Shown: positions 1-12,180 of the stretch, piece after piece
How positions within the stretch are numbered: the first letter of the stretch is position 1
Layout of the letters: the number at the start of each line of letters is the position of its first letter
Notes under the pieces: generated by a model
What the model was told of the DNA's origin: nothing
What the model saw: only the letters and a program-made list of their open reading frames with translations
Database searches by the model: none
DNA from: Heptranchias perlo
Lineage: Eukaryota
Reading direction: 5' to 3'
Length of the DNA stretch: 64,000 nt
NCBI RefSeq assembly: GCF_035084215.1
Contig: NC_090326.1
Location: 806,001 to 870,000, forward strand
Position numbers and translations under genes: made by a program

Positions 1-461
1 TTTAACATAACTTCCTTGCTAACTAATTTACTCTATGTCTCTGTTTATAAAGCCAAGGATCCAGTCTGCTTTTTTAACAGCCTGATCCACTTGTCTTGGC
101 ACGTTCAAAGATTTGGCTATGTAAACCCCCAGGTCTCTCTGTTCCTGCACTCCCATTAATTCTGTACCGGATCAACTGTGCAGTTCAGGGCAAATAATAA
201 TTATAATCGAAAAGGAACAAAATCAGAGCTAAATTCACAGTTATAGGGAAAATAAATTAATGTTGAAAATATTTTTATATAAATCATACCCCTTTTTTGT
301 TTTGGAATCAAAATACCCCTGACCATCAAATTGGGTTTTAAATCTTGGGAATTCTGAAGTAAATAGATTATGATTAAAAGGACTGAACTGCGATGGCCAG
401 GAATCAAAGCCAGCTTTGCTCACCAATTTACCACCGTTTGGGTTTGAAATTGAGTTTGAAA

Positions 462-811
462 ATTCCTGAGTTTGAAAGCAGCTCACAAAAAGGGAGGCAA
501 GACAAGCCTGAGTAAAGCACCAGCAAAGGGCGGCAAGAAGAGGAGAAAGTCGAGGAAGGAGAGTTATTCCATCTACATCTACAAAGTGATGAAGCAGGTT
601 CATCCCGACACCGGCATCTCCTCCAAGGCGATGGGAATCATGAACTCCTTTGTGAACGATATTTTCGACGGCATTGCGAGTGATGCTTCCCGCCTGGCCC
701 ATTATAATAAACGGGCGACCATCAGATCCCGGGAGATCCAGACCGCCGTGCGCCTGTTGCTGCCCGGGGCAAGGGACAAAGGCGGTGACCAAGTACACCA
801 GCTCCAAGTGA
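462..811 (+). pseudogene. H2B: Histone H2B pseudogene
   Basis: H2B core ([27 protein letters not shown]) in ORF 472..873. Start ATG is ATT at 462, an internal deletion near LLLPG causes a frameshift, the stem-loop is degenerate (GACTCTTTTAAGAGCT, 841-856) and the promoter is missing. Confidence 0.93.
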
Positions 812-1556
812 AACTCCACAATGAACTGAAAAAACACAACGACTCTTTTAAGAGCTACCCTCGGTCTCTCTGAAAGTGCTGTATTTCTTACATATTTGCT
901 TAGAACCACTTTATTACAGCAATATTATTAGTCCAATTTGATAATAACTGGTAATAGTGTAACTGCTCCGTTGAACTCCATGGCGAATAAACTGAAAACG
1001 AGTTTCTGATCTCCTTCCCATTCGCTTTGTTCTTAAAGCGTTACAATTCTGGCCTCTCATCCCTTTTACTAACCACTTTAGCAGTTCCTTTCTATGAATT
1101 CAGTCTCCTAAATGTTTACTGGCTGACGTGAAAATCACCATATTAACAGCAACCCCACCCCTTGCAGTAACACAGCGGAATAGGGGCAGATTGAGAGCTC
1201 CGACCGGGTCCCTCTTTTCACAGAAGCACTCCCGGCTCTGTGAGAAGGGACCAATCTATAACGTGTCACTTTTATAAAGAGTAAATTGAAATGTCTCCCT
1301 TCACGGAATACTGTGAATGGGGCTTTAGTCTCGGCCGGTAGATTCAAAGCGATGGAAGAATGCGTCATAATTTAAACCAGATTTTAAAACAGCGCCAGCG
1401 ATCGGTGACGGGTAGAGCTGGATAACACAAGGTAAGCAGAACAGACTTGAAATCTTGGGCTCAGGGCGACATTTATCTAAGTCCGATCGTTTACTACACT
1501 GAAATTGGCGGCCTTTTTGAAATTCATCAATTTTTTAGTCTGACTGTTGAGGCCGG

Positions 1557-1823
1557 TAAAGGGGAACTATGCTGAACGTGTGGATGCCAGAGCCCCGGTC
1601 TATCTGACTGCTGTGTTCGAGTGTCTGACGGCTGAAATCCTCGAGCTGGTCGGCAACGTGGCCCGGGACAACAAGAAGACGCGCATCATCCCCAGACACC
1701 TGCAGCTGGCCGTCCGCAACGACGAGGAACTCAACGACCATCGCTCAGGGCGGGGTGCTGCCTAATATCCAGGCCGAGCTGCTGCCGAAGAAAACCAGAA
1801 TTGAGCGCTCCAAGAGCAAGTAA
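1557..1823 (+). pseudogene. H2A: Histone H2A pseudogene (5' part and promoter deleted, internal deletion/frameshift)
   Basis: KGNYAERV...[17 protein letters not shown], then a deletion. No N-terminus. Stem-loop GGCTCTTTTCAGAGCC at 1854-1869. Confidence 0.93.
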
Positions 1824-3182
1824 ATCGTCCAAGATTTAATTTAATAACCCAAAGGCTCTTTTCAGAGCCACCCACTGTATCTATGAAAGGGCTGGTTATG
1901 TCTGAAGAGAGTAAGAAATTAATTTAATAAGGATTCTAGAACTAACAATATCTTGTTAAATACAAATGATCCATATCTGTCTGTTGCGCTAATCGCCCAA
2001 TAGGTTGAAATTTACAATTTGTTTAGGAAATGAGACAAAATATCATAAATGTCATTAAACTGGGCGGGTGGGAAAACCAGCGTCATTTGATCGTCGGCAT
2101 CAAAGGACATTCTGTTGTGTTCCAGCCATGATTATTTACAGCCTCATCCTCCGACAATACTTGCTCGATCTGTATTATTTTACCCAGATTTTTTAACTGA
2201 AACTGACTGGTGTGTTGATTATCGTGTCAGCGATTGCTGAATCAGTGTGAGTGAAATTCGTCTGCGTTATTCGATGTGTGAGGGATTTATTCTGTCCCTT
2301 TCAGTGACGAGTACCACAGTGAACATGACACTAGTATTTTACACTGCTTCTGATCCTAGCGCTGAGTGATAGAGCAAGACACACTTTGCCTTTCGATCTA
2401 TTAGTGCGAGTTACATTGAAACAACCTTTCACTACAGCCGGAGGGGGAGAATAGTCTGAAACTTCATTTGATCCGAGTCTGGTTCTTAACATCCAACATG
2501 AGTTTTAGATCCCGTCCGATTGCTCCTGACCTTCAGTACTGGACTCAAATGTGCGGTAAAGTGTTGGAGTGCGTCTCGAACCTTCAAACTCTGACTCCAA
2601 GATTCGAGTGTTTCCAATCGAGCCAAGCTAACACTATATTGGGAATGAGAACTTGTGTCTTGTACTTTCCACGAGTGCAGGGGCATCTCTCTCTGTGTAT
2701 GTCCGAGTTAGATTGACACTGCGGGTGTAGGAACGTCAGGTGAAAGAGTGGGATCCGAATCAGAACGTTGTGTACCTGTTTGCCGATAGGTTCTCTGTCC
2801 GAACGAGGCACTGGAGGTGATGATGGGAATCAGCCTGGTGGCATTCGCCTCCCTCCAGTCCTGCATGTGTGCGAAAATGAAACTGTCTCCGTTTCAAATT
2901 CCTCGTGTTGGTAAGTTTGGAATTGGCGCTCTGTCTGTTGTTGATTCTTAGAGTAACATTAACTGCTCCTGTTTATGCCGTAATACTTATAGCTCCGTTC
3001 TACATTCATCTCTCCGCTGTTAAGATGGGCCATGAAATGAACAGTTTATAAATAGTAGCCCTGCCCGGCTGACATCCGCTGCCTTCCTTTTCTGAATTTC
3101 CCGTTTTAGTAAATTACTCTGAACTGCACGGCCCTGCGATTTCAACCCCGGCGATCACAGCTCTTTCTTTTGCCGATTTGGT

Positions 3183-3198
3183 GGCTCTGAAAAGAGCC
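3183..3198 (-). terminator. Histone 3' stem-loop of H3
   Basis: GGCTCTTTTCAGAGCC on the minus strand, followed by ACCAA and a purine-rich AAAGAGCTGT downstream element. Confidence 0.92.
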
Positions 3199-3231
3199 GT
3201 TGTTGCACTTGGTGCTGAAGCCGGGTCGGGT

Positions 3232-3759
<528 letters not shown>

Positions 3760-4776
3760 TCAGAATTAAAGCGAACTCTGAAGATTGAACTCAACGCTGG
3801 AAATTGCTGGCTCCGATTGGCTGAGCTGTGATTAATACCTCAATTTCTAAAAGCCCGCAAATTTCAAAACAGGAAATAACTGTTTCGGCAAAAGAAAATC
3901 TGCTTCTTTTCTGCACATTTTGAAATGATCATTACCAGATATATTTAACATTTTAAAAGAAATTTTCCTCCGCACCCGTTCCCGAGTTATCTCACACACA
4001 ACAGGTACTTTCCCACACACACAGATCAGAGACATACACTGGGAGGCAGCAGGAGTAGTCAGTCCCGCGGTGATCCGAGCTCCGCAATGGATTTTCAATC
4101 CCACCGTCACATGGAACAGTGGAGACAGAGGCTGTTTCCATCCATCAATCAAACCGGTACCGGTAACAAATCGATACAATTCTCACTGCCATTCAAAACT
4201 TTTAAACTCTAGGGGATACAATTTTATGCAACTTACCCCATAATTTAACCATTTAATCCACGGCGTCATGCTGGTGAATCTGCTCATTTATTTTCGGAAC
4301 AAACTTCAGTCTGCTGTTTGAACTGCTCACTGTCAGCACTGAATTAACAATCAGAGATGGAAGAGCGGCCCATTGCTCCCTACACCCCATCAAACTGTGG
4401 AATTCATCGCTTGGCCTGAGACCTCTAACTGTTAATAGAATGAAACCGGTTCTTGATGCTTTAGACACCTCGCATTCCCCGCATTTTGGGCGGCTCATGC
4501 TAACGAGAGCGGGGAAAGGGACCCACGCGAATCTCCCGCTGTTTCACTCAATTCCTTTCCCTTTCCTTTCGAGCCCGTTCATATTTCCCCTCCTCGCCCG
4601 ATTGTGACATTAGCGCCGCTTTCAGGGGATCCCATCAGAAATCAATCGCTTCTCTCTGTCCCAGTGAAGCCGGTTAGAAGAGGCTGGCTGCCAATCTGTA
4701 CTTTGTTACTTTTGCAGAATAAACTGATATTTCTCCCGTTTTAAGATTGCTGAATGGGGTTTTATTCCCGTCCCTC

Positions 4777-5026
4777 ACAGATCATAGAATCATTGCCGTC
4801 CGTTACAGATCATAGAATCATAGAATCATTGCCGTCCGTTACAGATCATAGAATCAGAGAATCATTGCCGTCCGTTACAGATCATAGAATCAGAGAATCA
4901 TTGCCGTCCGTTACAGATCATAGAATCAGAGAATCATTGCCGTCCGTTACAGATCATAGAATCAGAGAATCATTGCCGTCCGTTACAGATCATAGAATCA
5001 GAGAATCATTGCCGTCCGTTACAGAT
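4777..5026. repeat. 36-bp minisatellite, about 7 copies (ACAGATCATAGAATCAGAGAATCATTGCCGTCCGTT)
   Basis: Near-perfect tandem units; translates as a repeated 12-aa IRESLPSVTDHR. Only about 2 units at the paralogous site near 49995-50062. Confidence 0.95.
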
Positions 5027-5695
5027 AAGTTGTTGATAAGTTAAAGCTCTTCCAAAAATAGCGCCACCAATTTGTAACGGAAAATGCAGAATATCACAAC
5101 AAGGGAGAGATTATATCATGGTAGCCTGGAATTGACACTTTCGATTAATTTGCTCCTTTCCTGCACTGAAATTGGCAGGAAATAACCGTAGGGGAGAAAC
5201 AGCATCACAAGATGGACTCTTCACAATGAACTATTCAATGGCTCCTGCCACATAAATCGCCGGACACCGTTATTCGAGCTGATTAATTATTACATTATAA
5301 GAAAACAATGAGCGAATGTGTAGGAGTTAATGTGGCTTTTCACTTTGAGCGGAGAAGATACCGTCTGGGTTAATTAACCGGAGTATTTACACTATCGGTG
5401 CAGGGAAAGATAGACGAATGAAACTCTCTCCAAAACTGGCACGGGCTCAATGAGCCGAATGGTCCCCTTGTTTGCTGCAACCATTCTATGATTCTATGAA
5501 CTCTGGTGCAGCCCAATTGTTCAGTTCGGAGAATCTAAAACCTCTTCCCCGCACACAGCGCAAATCTGATAAAATATCCGTCCACAACCTCTCCCCGTTC
5601 CCAGGTCAGTGCTCTCTCTCTCTCTCTCTCGGGGAGGTGGTGGTGGCTCTTAGAAGAGCTTTTATTTTGTGTTTAGTTCGAATGGGTCGAGTGGT

Positions 5696-6005
5696 TCAGC
5701 CGCCGAATCCATAGAGAGTGCGGACCTGCCGTTTCAGAGCGTACACCACATCCATGGCAGTGACCGTCTTGCGCTTGGCGTGTTCAGTGTAGGTGACCGC
5801 GTCCCTGATCACATTCTCCAGGAAAACCTTCAGCACCCCACGGGTTTCCTCATGGATCAGACCCGAGATCTGCTTGACACCGCCATGGCGAGCCAGGCGG
5901 CGAATGGATGGTTTGGTCATACCCTGGATATTATCACAAAACACTTTACGTGCCGCTTTGCTCCGCCTTTGCCCAATCTTTGCCTCCTTTACCTCTGCCA
6001 GACAT
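5696..6005 (-). pseudogene. H4: Histone H4 pseudogene
   Basis: 310 bp instead of 312 (two 1-bp deletions in the N-terminal tail), many substitutions (GMTKPS, RHGG, LIHEE, QVRT), and a stem-loop with a mismatch near 5645-5660. Confidence 0.93.
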
Positions 6006-6054
6006 GATTTTTTTTCACAAAGCTCAATTGATTGATAAAATTTCTACTTTCGAT

Positions 6055-6086
6055 GTATTTATGTAGCCATCCTGGACCTGGCTGAG
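6055..6086 (-). promoter_or_regulatory. H4 promoter: TATA-like box and GGTCC (site II-like) element
   Basis: Minus strand reads CTCAGCCAGGTCCAGG...TACATAAATAC about 50-80 bp upstream of the H4 ATG. The same sequence occurs near 51112-51142. Confidence 0.55.
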
Positions 6087-6509
6087 AAAGGCAGAGCCTG
6101 AATTAGGCGGGGTCTCAGTGATAGTCGGATCGCCAGTGGAGGAGGCTGAATCAGAGTGACAGACTGTGCAGAAAGAGGTGTCGGGGGGAGGAGACAGAAG
6201 CAGTGTGACAGACAGAGCAGCGAGAGATGGAAGGTAGATGGGGAGGACACTGAATGAGACTGACGGACAAAGCAGCGAGAGTAGGGGGGGATAGGAGACA
6301 GAATCAAACTGACAGAGAGAGCAGGAAGAGGAAAGAGGAGGGATGAGGAAAGTGAAGGAGACAGAATTTGAATGACAGGCAGAGCGGGAGAGCGGCATCC
6401 GATCTTTCAACTTCCCCTCTAGCTTTCACTCTTTAGCCTGGAAATATTTAATTTGATTTATTTAAAAAGGCCAGGTACAATTCAGAGCCAATAATATTCA
6501 TTTCACTTC

Positions 6510-7700
6510 TATAACATAGGATCTAGTGCAGGCCGTATAGCCGCTCGAGGCTATTGCGCCATTCAATTACATTATGGTGATCTGCGCCTCAACTCCATTC
6601 ACCCGCCTCTGATCCACATCCCTTGGTACTCACACCCATCAAAAATCTACCCATCTCAGTCTTGAAAGCTCCAATTGACCCCCAGCCTCAACAGCCTTTT
6701 AGGGGAGAAAGAGTTCCAGATTTCCGCTACCTCTTGTGTGAAAAAGTGCTTCCTGATTTCACCCGTGAACGGGCTAATTCTAATTTTAAGGATATGCCTG
6801 CTTGTTCCGGATTTACCCAGCACAGTAACTAGTTTTTATTATTCGTTCATGTGATGTGGGTGTCGCTGGCGAGGCCAGCATTTATTGCCCATCCCTAATT
6901 ACCCTTAAGAAGGTGGTGGTGAGCCGCCTTCTTGAACCGCTGCAGTCCGTGTGGTGAAGGTTCTCCCACAATGCTGTTAGGCAGAGAGTTCCAGGATTTT
7001 GACCCAGCGACGATGAAGGAACGGCGATATATTTCCAAATCGGGATGGTCTGTGATTTGGAGGGGAACATTCAGCTAATGTTGTTCCCATGTGCCTGCTG
7101 CCCTTGCCCTTCTAGGTGATAGAGGTTGTGGGTTTGGGAGGTGCTGCCGAAGAAGCCTTGGCGAGTTGCTGCAGTGCATCCTGTGGATGGTGCACACTGC
7201 AGCCACTGTGCGCCGGTGGTAAAGGGAGTGAATTTTTAGGTTGTTGGATTGTGTGCCAATCAAGCGGGCTGCTTTGTCCTGGATGGTGTCAAACTTCTTT
7301 AGTGTTGTTGGAGCTGCACTCATCCAGGCAAGTGGAGAGTATTCCATCACACTTCTGACTTGTGCCTTATAGATAGTGGAATGATTTTGTGGGTCAGGAG
7401 GTGAGTCACTCGCCGCAGAATACCTAGCCTCTGACCTGCTCTTGTAGCTACAGTATTTAAATGGCTGGTCCAGTTAAGTTTCTGGTCAGTGGTGACCCCC
7501 AGGATGTTTGATGGTGGGGAATTCGGCAATGGTAATGCCGTTGACTGTCAAGGGGAGGTGGTTCGACTCTCTCTTGTTGGATCTAACCCATAGAATACCT
7601 GAAGCAGGGAGAGCGGCCTTTGAGATTTTAGCTCTGCCTGCAGCTCCTCGAACTCCGCTCATTCCCCAATCTTAGACCTTAATTCCATCTCCCCACACAT
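6510..7700 (-). mobile_element. Old CR1-type LINE 3' remnant, split by the insertion at 6836-7580
   Basis: The uninterrupted paralog at about 51670-52050 encodes CR1 C-terminal-like TRGHILKIRASPFRGEIRKHFFTQ. Confidence 0.65.
6836..7580 (-). mobile_element. 5'-truncated CR1/L2-group LINE ('family B') 3' part
   Basis: ORFs 7075..7350 and 7347..7529 (LNWTSHLNTVATRAGQRLGILRR, MEYSPLAW). Absent from the paralogous site at about 51990-52000. Confidence 0.88.
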
Positions 7701-7860
7701 CCCATCCCAGAAGGGGTGAGGAATTTACAAACATCTTATTCTAGCTGAGTTGCAGAACCTCATGTGCTGGGGTGTGAGTTGTGACGTGGGATTTCTCCAC
7801 CAATGTTACCTTCTCACACTGACTCTGCCAGACATCCAATTCTCTTTATTATATTACAGA

Positions 7861-9089
7861 CCATAAGACCATAAGAGATAGCAGCACGAGTAGGCCATTC
7901 GGCCCCTCGAGCCTGCTCCGCCATTCAATGAGATCATGGCTGATCTGATTTTTACCTCAACTTCACTTTCCCGCCTTTTCCCGATATCCTATGCGTCCCG
8001 TGCTGAACAAAAATGTATCTAACTCAGCTTTGAATGTTTTCACTGACTCGGCCTCCACAGCTTTTTGGGGTAAAGAATTCCAAAGATTCACGACCCTCTG
8101 GGAGAAGAAATTCCTCCTTATTTCCGTTTTAAACGGGCGACCCCTTATTCTGAGACTATGCCCCCCTTCCATAAGGGGTAACATCCTCTCAGCATCTACT
8201 CTATCGAGTCCTCTCAGAATCTTGTCTGTTTCAATAAGATCTCCTCTCATTCTTTTAAACTCCAATGAGTATAGACCCAAATTGTTCAATCGTTTCTCAT
8301 AAGGCAACCCTTCCATACCCAGAATCAACCTGGTGAACCTTCTCTGAACTGCCTCCAATGCAAGTATGTCCTTCCTTAAATAAGGGCACCAGAACTGTAC
8401 GCAGTACTCCGGTTGTGGTTTCACCAGCACCCGGTACAGTTGTAGAATGACTTTCCTGCTTTTATACTCCATCCCCCTAGAAGTAAAGGCCAATATTCCG
8501 TTTGCCTTTCGGATTACCTACTGCACCCGTATGTTGATTTTGTTTTGTATTTCATGTACGAGGACACCCAGGTCCCTCTGTTCCGCAGCATTTTGTAGTA
8601 TATCTACATTCAAATAATGTTTTGCTTTTTTATTTTTCCTCCCAAAGTGGATGACTTCACATTTTCCTACATTATATTCTATCTGCCAATTTTTTGCCCA
8701 TTCACTTAACCTGTCAATATCCCTTTGCAGGCACTTTGTGTCCTCATCGCAACTTGCGTTTCCATCTATCTTTGTATCTTCAGCAAATTTGGCCACAGGA
8801 CACTCTGTTACTTCATCCAAGTCATTGATATATATTGTAAATAGTTGAGGCCCCAGCACTGAGCCCTGCGGCGCCCCACTAGTTACAGATTGCCATTTTG
8901 AAAATGACCCTTTTCTCGACTCTTTGTTTACTGTTTGTTAACCAATCCTCTATCCATGCCAGTATATTACCCCCAACACCATGAGCTCTTATATTGTGCA
9001 GTAATCTTTTATGTGGCACCTTATCGAATGCCTTTTGGAAATCCAAATATACTGCATCTATTGGTTCCCCTTTATCCACCCTGCCCGTT
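7861..9089 (-). mobile_element. 5'-truncated CR1 LINE
   Basis: RT motifs (YLDFQKAFDKVPH, LGPQLFTIYINDL, KFAEDTK), CR1 C-terminus and (TCTTATGG)n tail. Empty site at about 52275. Confidence 0.92.
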
Positions 9090-9250
9090 AGAAAGCGCGG
9101 ATGTAACAAATGTTTATTTTAACTGATTTGTATTGAGAATGAGCCCGGCGGTGGGACAAGTATTTTTTTGCGGTCTCAGCTCTTTTTCGAGAGACGCGGT
9201 GAATCTGAGAAGAGCATTTTGGTTCAGATGTTTACATTTGCCCTTTTTAT

Positions 9251-11076
9251 TTACTTCTTCTTGGGCTTTTGGCCGCTTTGTTGGACTTTGGTGTTTTGGG
9301 CTGGCGATTTCCCTTCGCTTTCCTCACGCCCGAGAACGATTTCAGATTTACAACTTTAAAGCTCTTGGGGCCCTTCGCGGGAGTCTTTTTCTGAAGTTTT
9401 GCCGCTTTCACCGCCTTTCTGATGCGCAGCGCCCCCTTCAGTTTCTTGGCGGGCGATTTCCTCGCTGTCGGTTTCTTCACCGCTGCTGGTTTCTTGGCTG
9501 TGAGTTTCTGGGCCGTCGATTTCTTCACCGTCTTAGCCATTTTTTCCTCTGGGTTTCCTTCTTTGTGACTTTGAAGGAGCCCGTGCCCTTGATCTGCACC
9601 AGGGAGCCTTTTTCCACCTTTCTTTTGACAGTTAAAATGATCGAGTACCGGAGCTTTTTTTTAATTCGTTCATCGGATGTGGGCATCGCTGGCAAGGCCA
9701 GCATTTATTGCCCATCCCGAATTTCCCTTGAGAAAGTGGTGGTGAGACGCCTTCTTGAACCGCTGCAGTACGTGTGGTGAAGGTTCTCCCACAGTGCTGT
9801 TTGGAGGGGAATTCCAGGATTTTGACCCAGCGACCATGAAGGAAAGGCGATATATTTCCAAGTCCGGATAGTGGGTGACTTGTTCCCATGTACCTGCTGC
9901 TCCTGTCCTTCTAGGTGGTAGAGGTCGCGAGTTTGGGAGGCGCTATCGAAGAAGCCTTTGCGAGTTGCTGCAGTGCATCCTGTGGATGGTACACCCTGCA
10001 GCGACAGTGCGCCGGTGGTGAAGGGAGTGAATGTTTAGGGTGTTGGATGGGGTGCCAATCAAGCGGGCTGCTTTGTCCTGGATGGTGTCGAGCTTCTTGA
10101 GTGTTTTTGGAGCTGCATTCATCCAGGCAAGTGGAGAGTATTCCATCACACTCCTGACTTGTGCCTTGTAGATGGTGGAAAGGCTTTGGGGAGTCAGGAG
10201 ATGAGTCAATCGCCGCAGAATACCCAGCCTCTGACCTGCTCTTGTAGCCACAGTATTTATGTGGCTGGTCCAGTTAAGTTTCTGGTCAATGGTGACCCCC
10301 AGGATGTTGATGGTGGGGGATTCAGCGATGGTAATGCCGTTGATTGTCAAGGGGAGGTGGTTAGACTCCCTCTTGTTGGAGATGGTCATTGCCTGGCACT
10401 TGTCTGGCTCGAATTTTACTTGTCACTTATCAGCCCAAGCCTGGATGTTGTCCAATGTCTTGCTGCATGCGGTCACGGACTGCTTCAATATCTGAAGGTT
10501 TGTGGATGGAACTGAACATTTTGCAATCATCAGCGAACATCCCCATTTCTGACCTTATGATGGAGGGAAGGTCATTAATGAAGCAGCTGAAGATGGTTGG
10601 GCCTAGGACACTGCCCTGAGGCACTCCTGCAGCAATGTCCTGGGACTGAGATGATTGGCCTCCAACAACAACTACCATCTTCCTTTGTGTTAAGTATGAC
10701 TCCAGCCACTGGAGAGTTTTCCCCCTGATTCCCATTGACTTCAATTTTACTCGGGCTCCTTGGTGCCACACTCGGTCAAATGCTGCCTTGATGTCAAGGG
10801 CAGTCACTCTCACCTCACCTCAGCAATTCAGCTCTTTTGTCCATGTTTGGACCAAGGCTTCTCCAATCCAGGCCGTTGGTAGACAGAGCCTTTTTTTATC
10901 GCGGCCAGGGATATCCCCTTACGATCGCTAAAACCCGGAACAATCTTGAGGATCTGTTCGCCCAACTTGGGACCGGCTGTCTTCGGTCGGGGGACCGTCT
11001 TCTTCTTCTTGGGAGCTTTGGTTTGAGCGGCGGCGGCAGCAGGATTTGCAGTTTTTGCGACTGCAGTATTTGTCAT
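9251..11076 (-). pseudogene. H1: Histone H1 pseudogene disrupted by a LINE insertion
   Basis: N-terminus MTNTAVAKTANPAAAAAQTKAPKKKK...GPKLGEQIL...RKGISLAAIKK from ATG at 11076. The globular remainder (GSLVQIKGTGSFK) and K/A/P-rich tail lie at 9251-9656. Frameshifts present. Confidence 0.9.
9657..10856 (-). mobile_element. Family B CR1/L2-group LINE inserted in the H1 globular domain
   Basis: RT motifs LDIKAAFDRVWH, GVPQGSVLGP, MFADD. GCTT is present on both sides (9653-9656, 10857-10860) as TSD or microhomology. Confidence 0.9.
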
Positions 11077-11503
11077 GTCCGGGACTCTGTCGAAAATCTC
11101 TCTGACAGTCAGAGTTGGGTCAGAAATGAAACAAGAGGCGGCGGCACAGAGCAACTTAAAGGCACAGAGCGGACGGGGCGGAGACAACCTGCTGTCAGCT
11201 CTCGGCCCCTTCAGCCTCTCTGTCGAAAACGTTTCCCCGAATTAAAGGCACCAGATTCGATTTAACCCGTTTCATTGCTGCACTGCTCTCTCATCCGATC
11301 GCTTACATGATTTATTTTACGCCTGAAATTTTGAATTGAACTAAAATTTTACATTACCGTTTCCACTTCGCAGCTCGGCAGGGGAGGAAACCGATCCTTT
11401 AACAGGGATTTTTAAAAATATTTTACACAAAAGGGACTCGGAAATCCGGCGATGAGACCGGACACACAAACACAGTGACATTAACCTAACCCGCCCGCCC
11501 CTT

Positions 11504-11510
11504 TAACACA
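11504..11510 (-). promoter_or_regulatory. Possible H1 TG-box (TGTGTTA)
   Basis: TAACACA on the plus strand about 430 bp upstream of the H1 ATG, with a GC box near 11176. Short motif that could be chance. Confidence 0.3.
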
Positions 11511-12180
11511 CTCTCTCTGACACAATATTCACATCTGCACATTCACGGGACAAACTGTTCGCCGGATTGACAATTCCCGGGACAGGCTTTCCTCCCCGCT
11601 CGGCCTGTGCTGCTGATTCTCGGGGGTTAGTTGTAGTTTCCCAGCTCAGTAGCTGTAAAACACACTGAGGCCAGCGCTCCTCACAGTGCCTGGTCCCCAG
11701 ATTCAGGGGCAGGAGCCAATCACAGCTGTGGCTGTGATAATCCGTATCTGGTTTTAAATTTTATTCTTCACACACAGAAATTTGTGTAACTAAGTGAAGT
11801 TACACAGAATTATCCAGCGCAATGACCAGCAGGAGGTGAGATTTGTTCACAGTACAATATTAGTCCTATACTTTGTAAATATCTGAGCACAATTGTGGCA
11901 GATGGATTTCAAAGCAGGTAAATGTTAGTCCTCCATTTTCGACCATAAAAGGATCGATCCGAGTATTTTTTAACGATGAAAAGTCGGGGTCCAATTTCAT
12001 TAATGGTTCCATATAGACATATCACTAGAATGTATTGGTCAGGTACAAAAAACAATCAAAACGGCGAATGGAATGTTATCATTTATATCAAGAGGGCTAG
12101 AATATAAAGGATAGGCAGAACAGGCTGGGGCTCTTTTCTCTAGAAAATAGAAGGAATGACCTGATAGAAGTCTTTAAGAT

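Noticed and set aside
241-909. Long antisense ORFs over histone genes (also 3178..3687, 31289..31819, 44227..44829, 61109..61567)
   Set aside because: Shadow ORFs produced by GC-rich histone codon usage.
4777-5026. 36-bp repeat as a CRISPR array
   Set aside because: Units are head-to-tail with no unique spacers, there are no cas genes, and the context is vertebrate.
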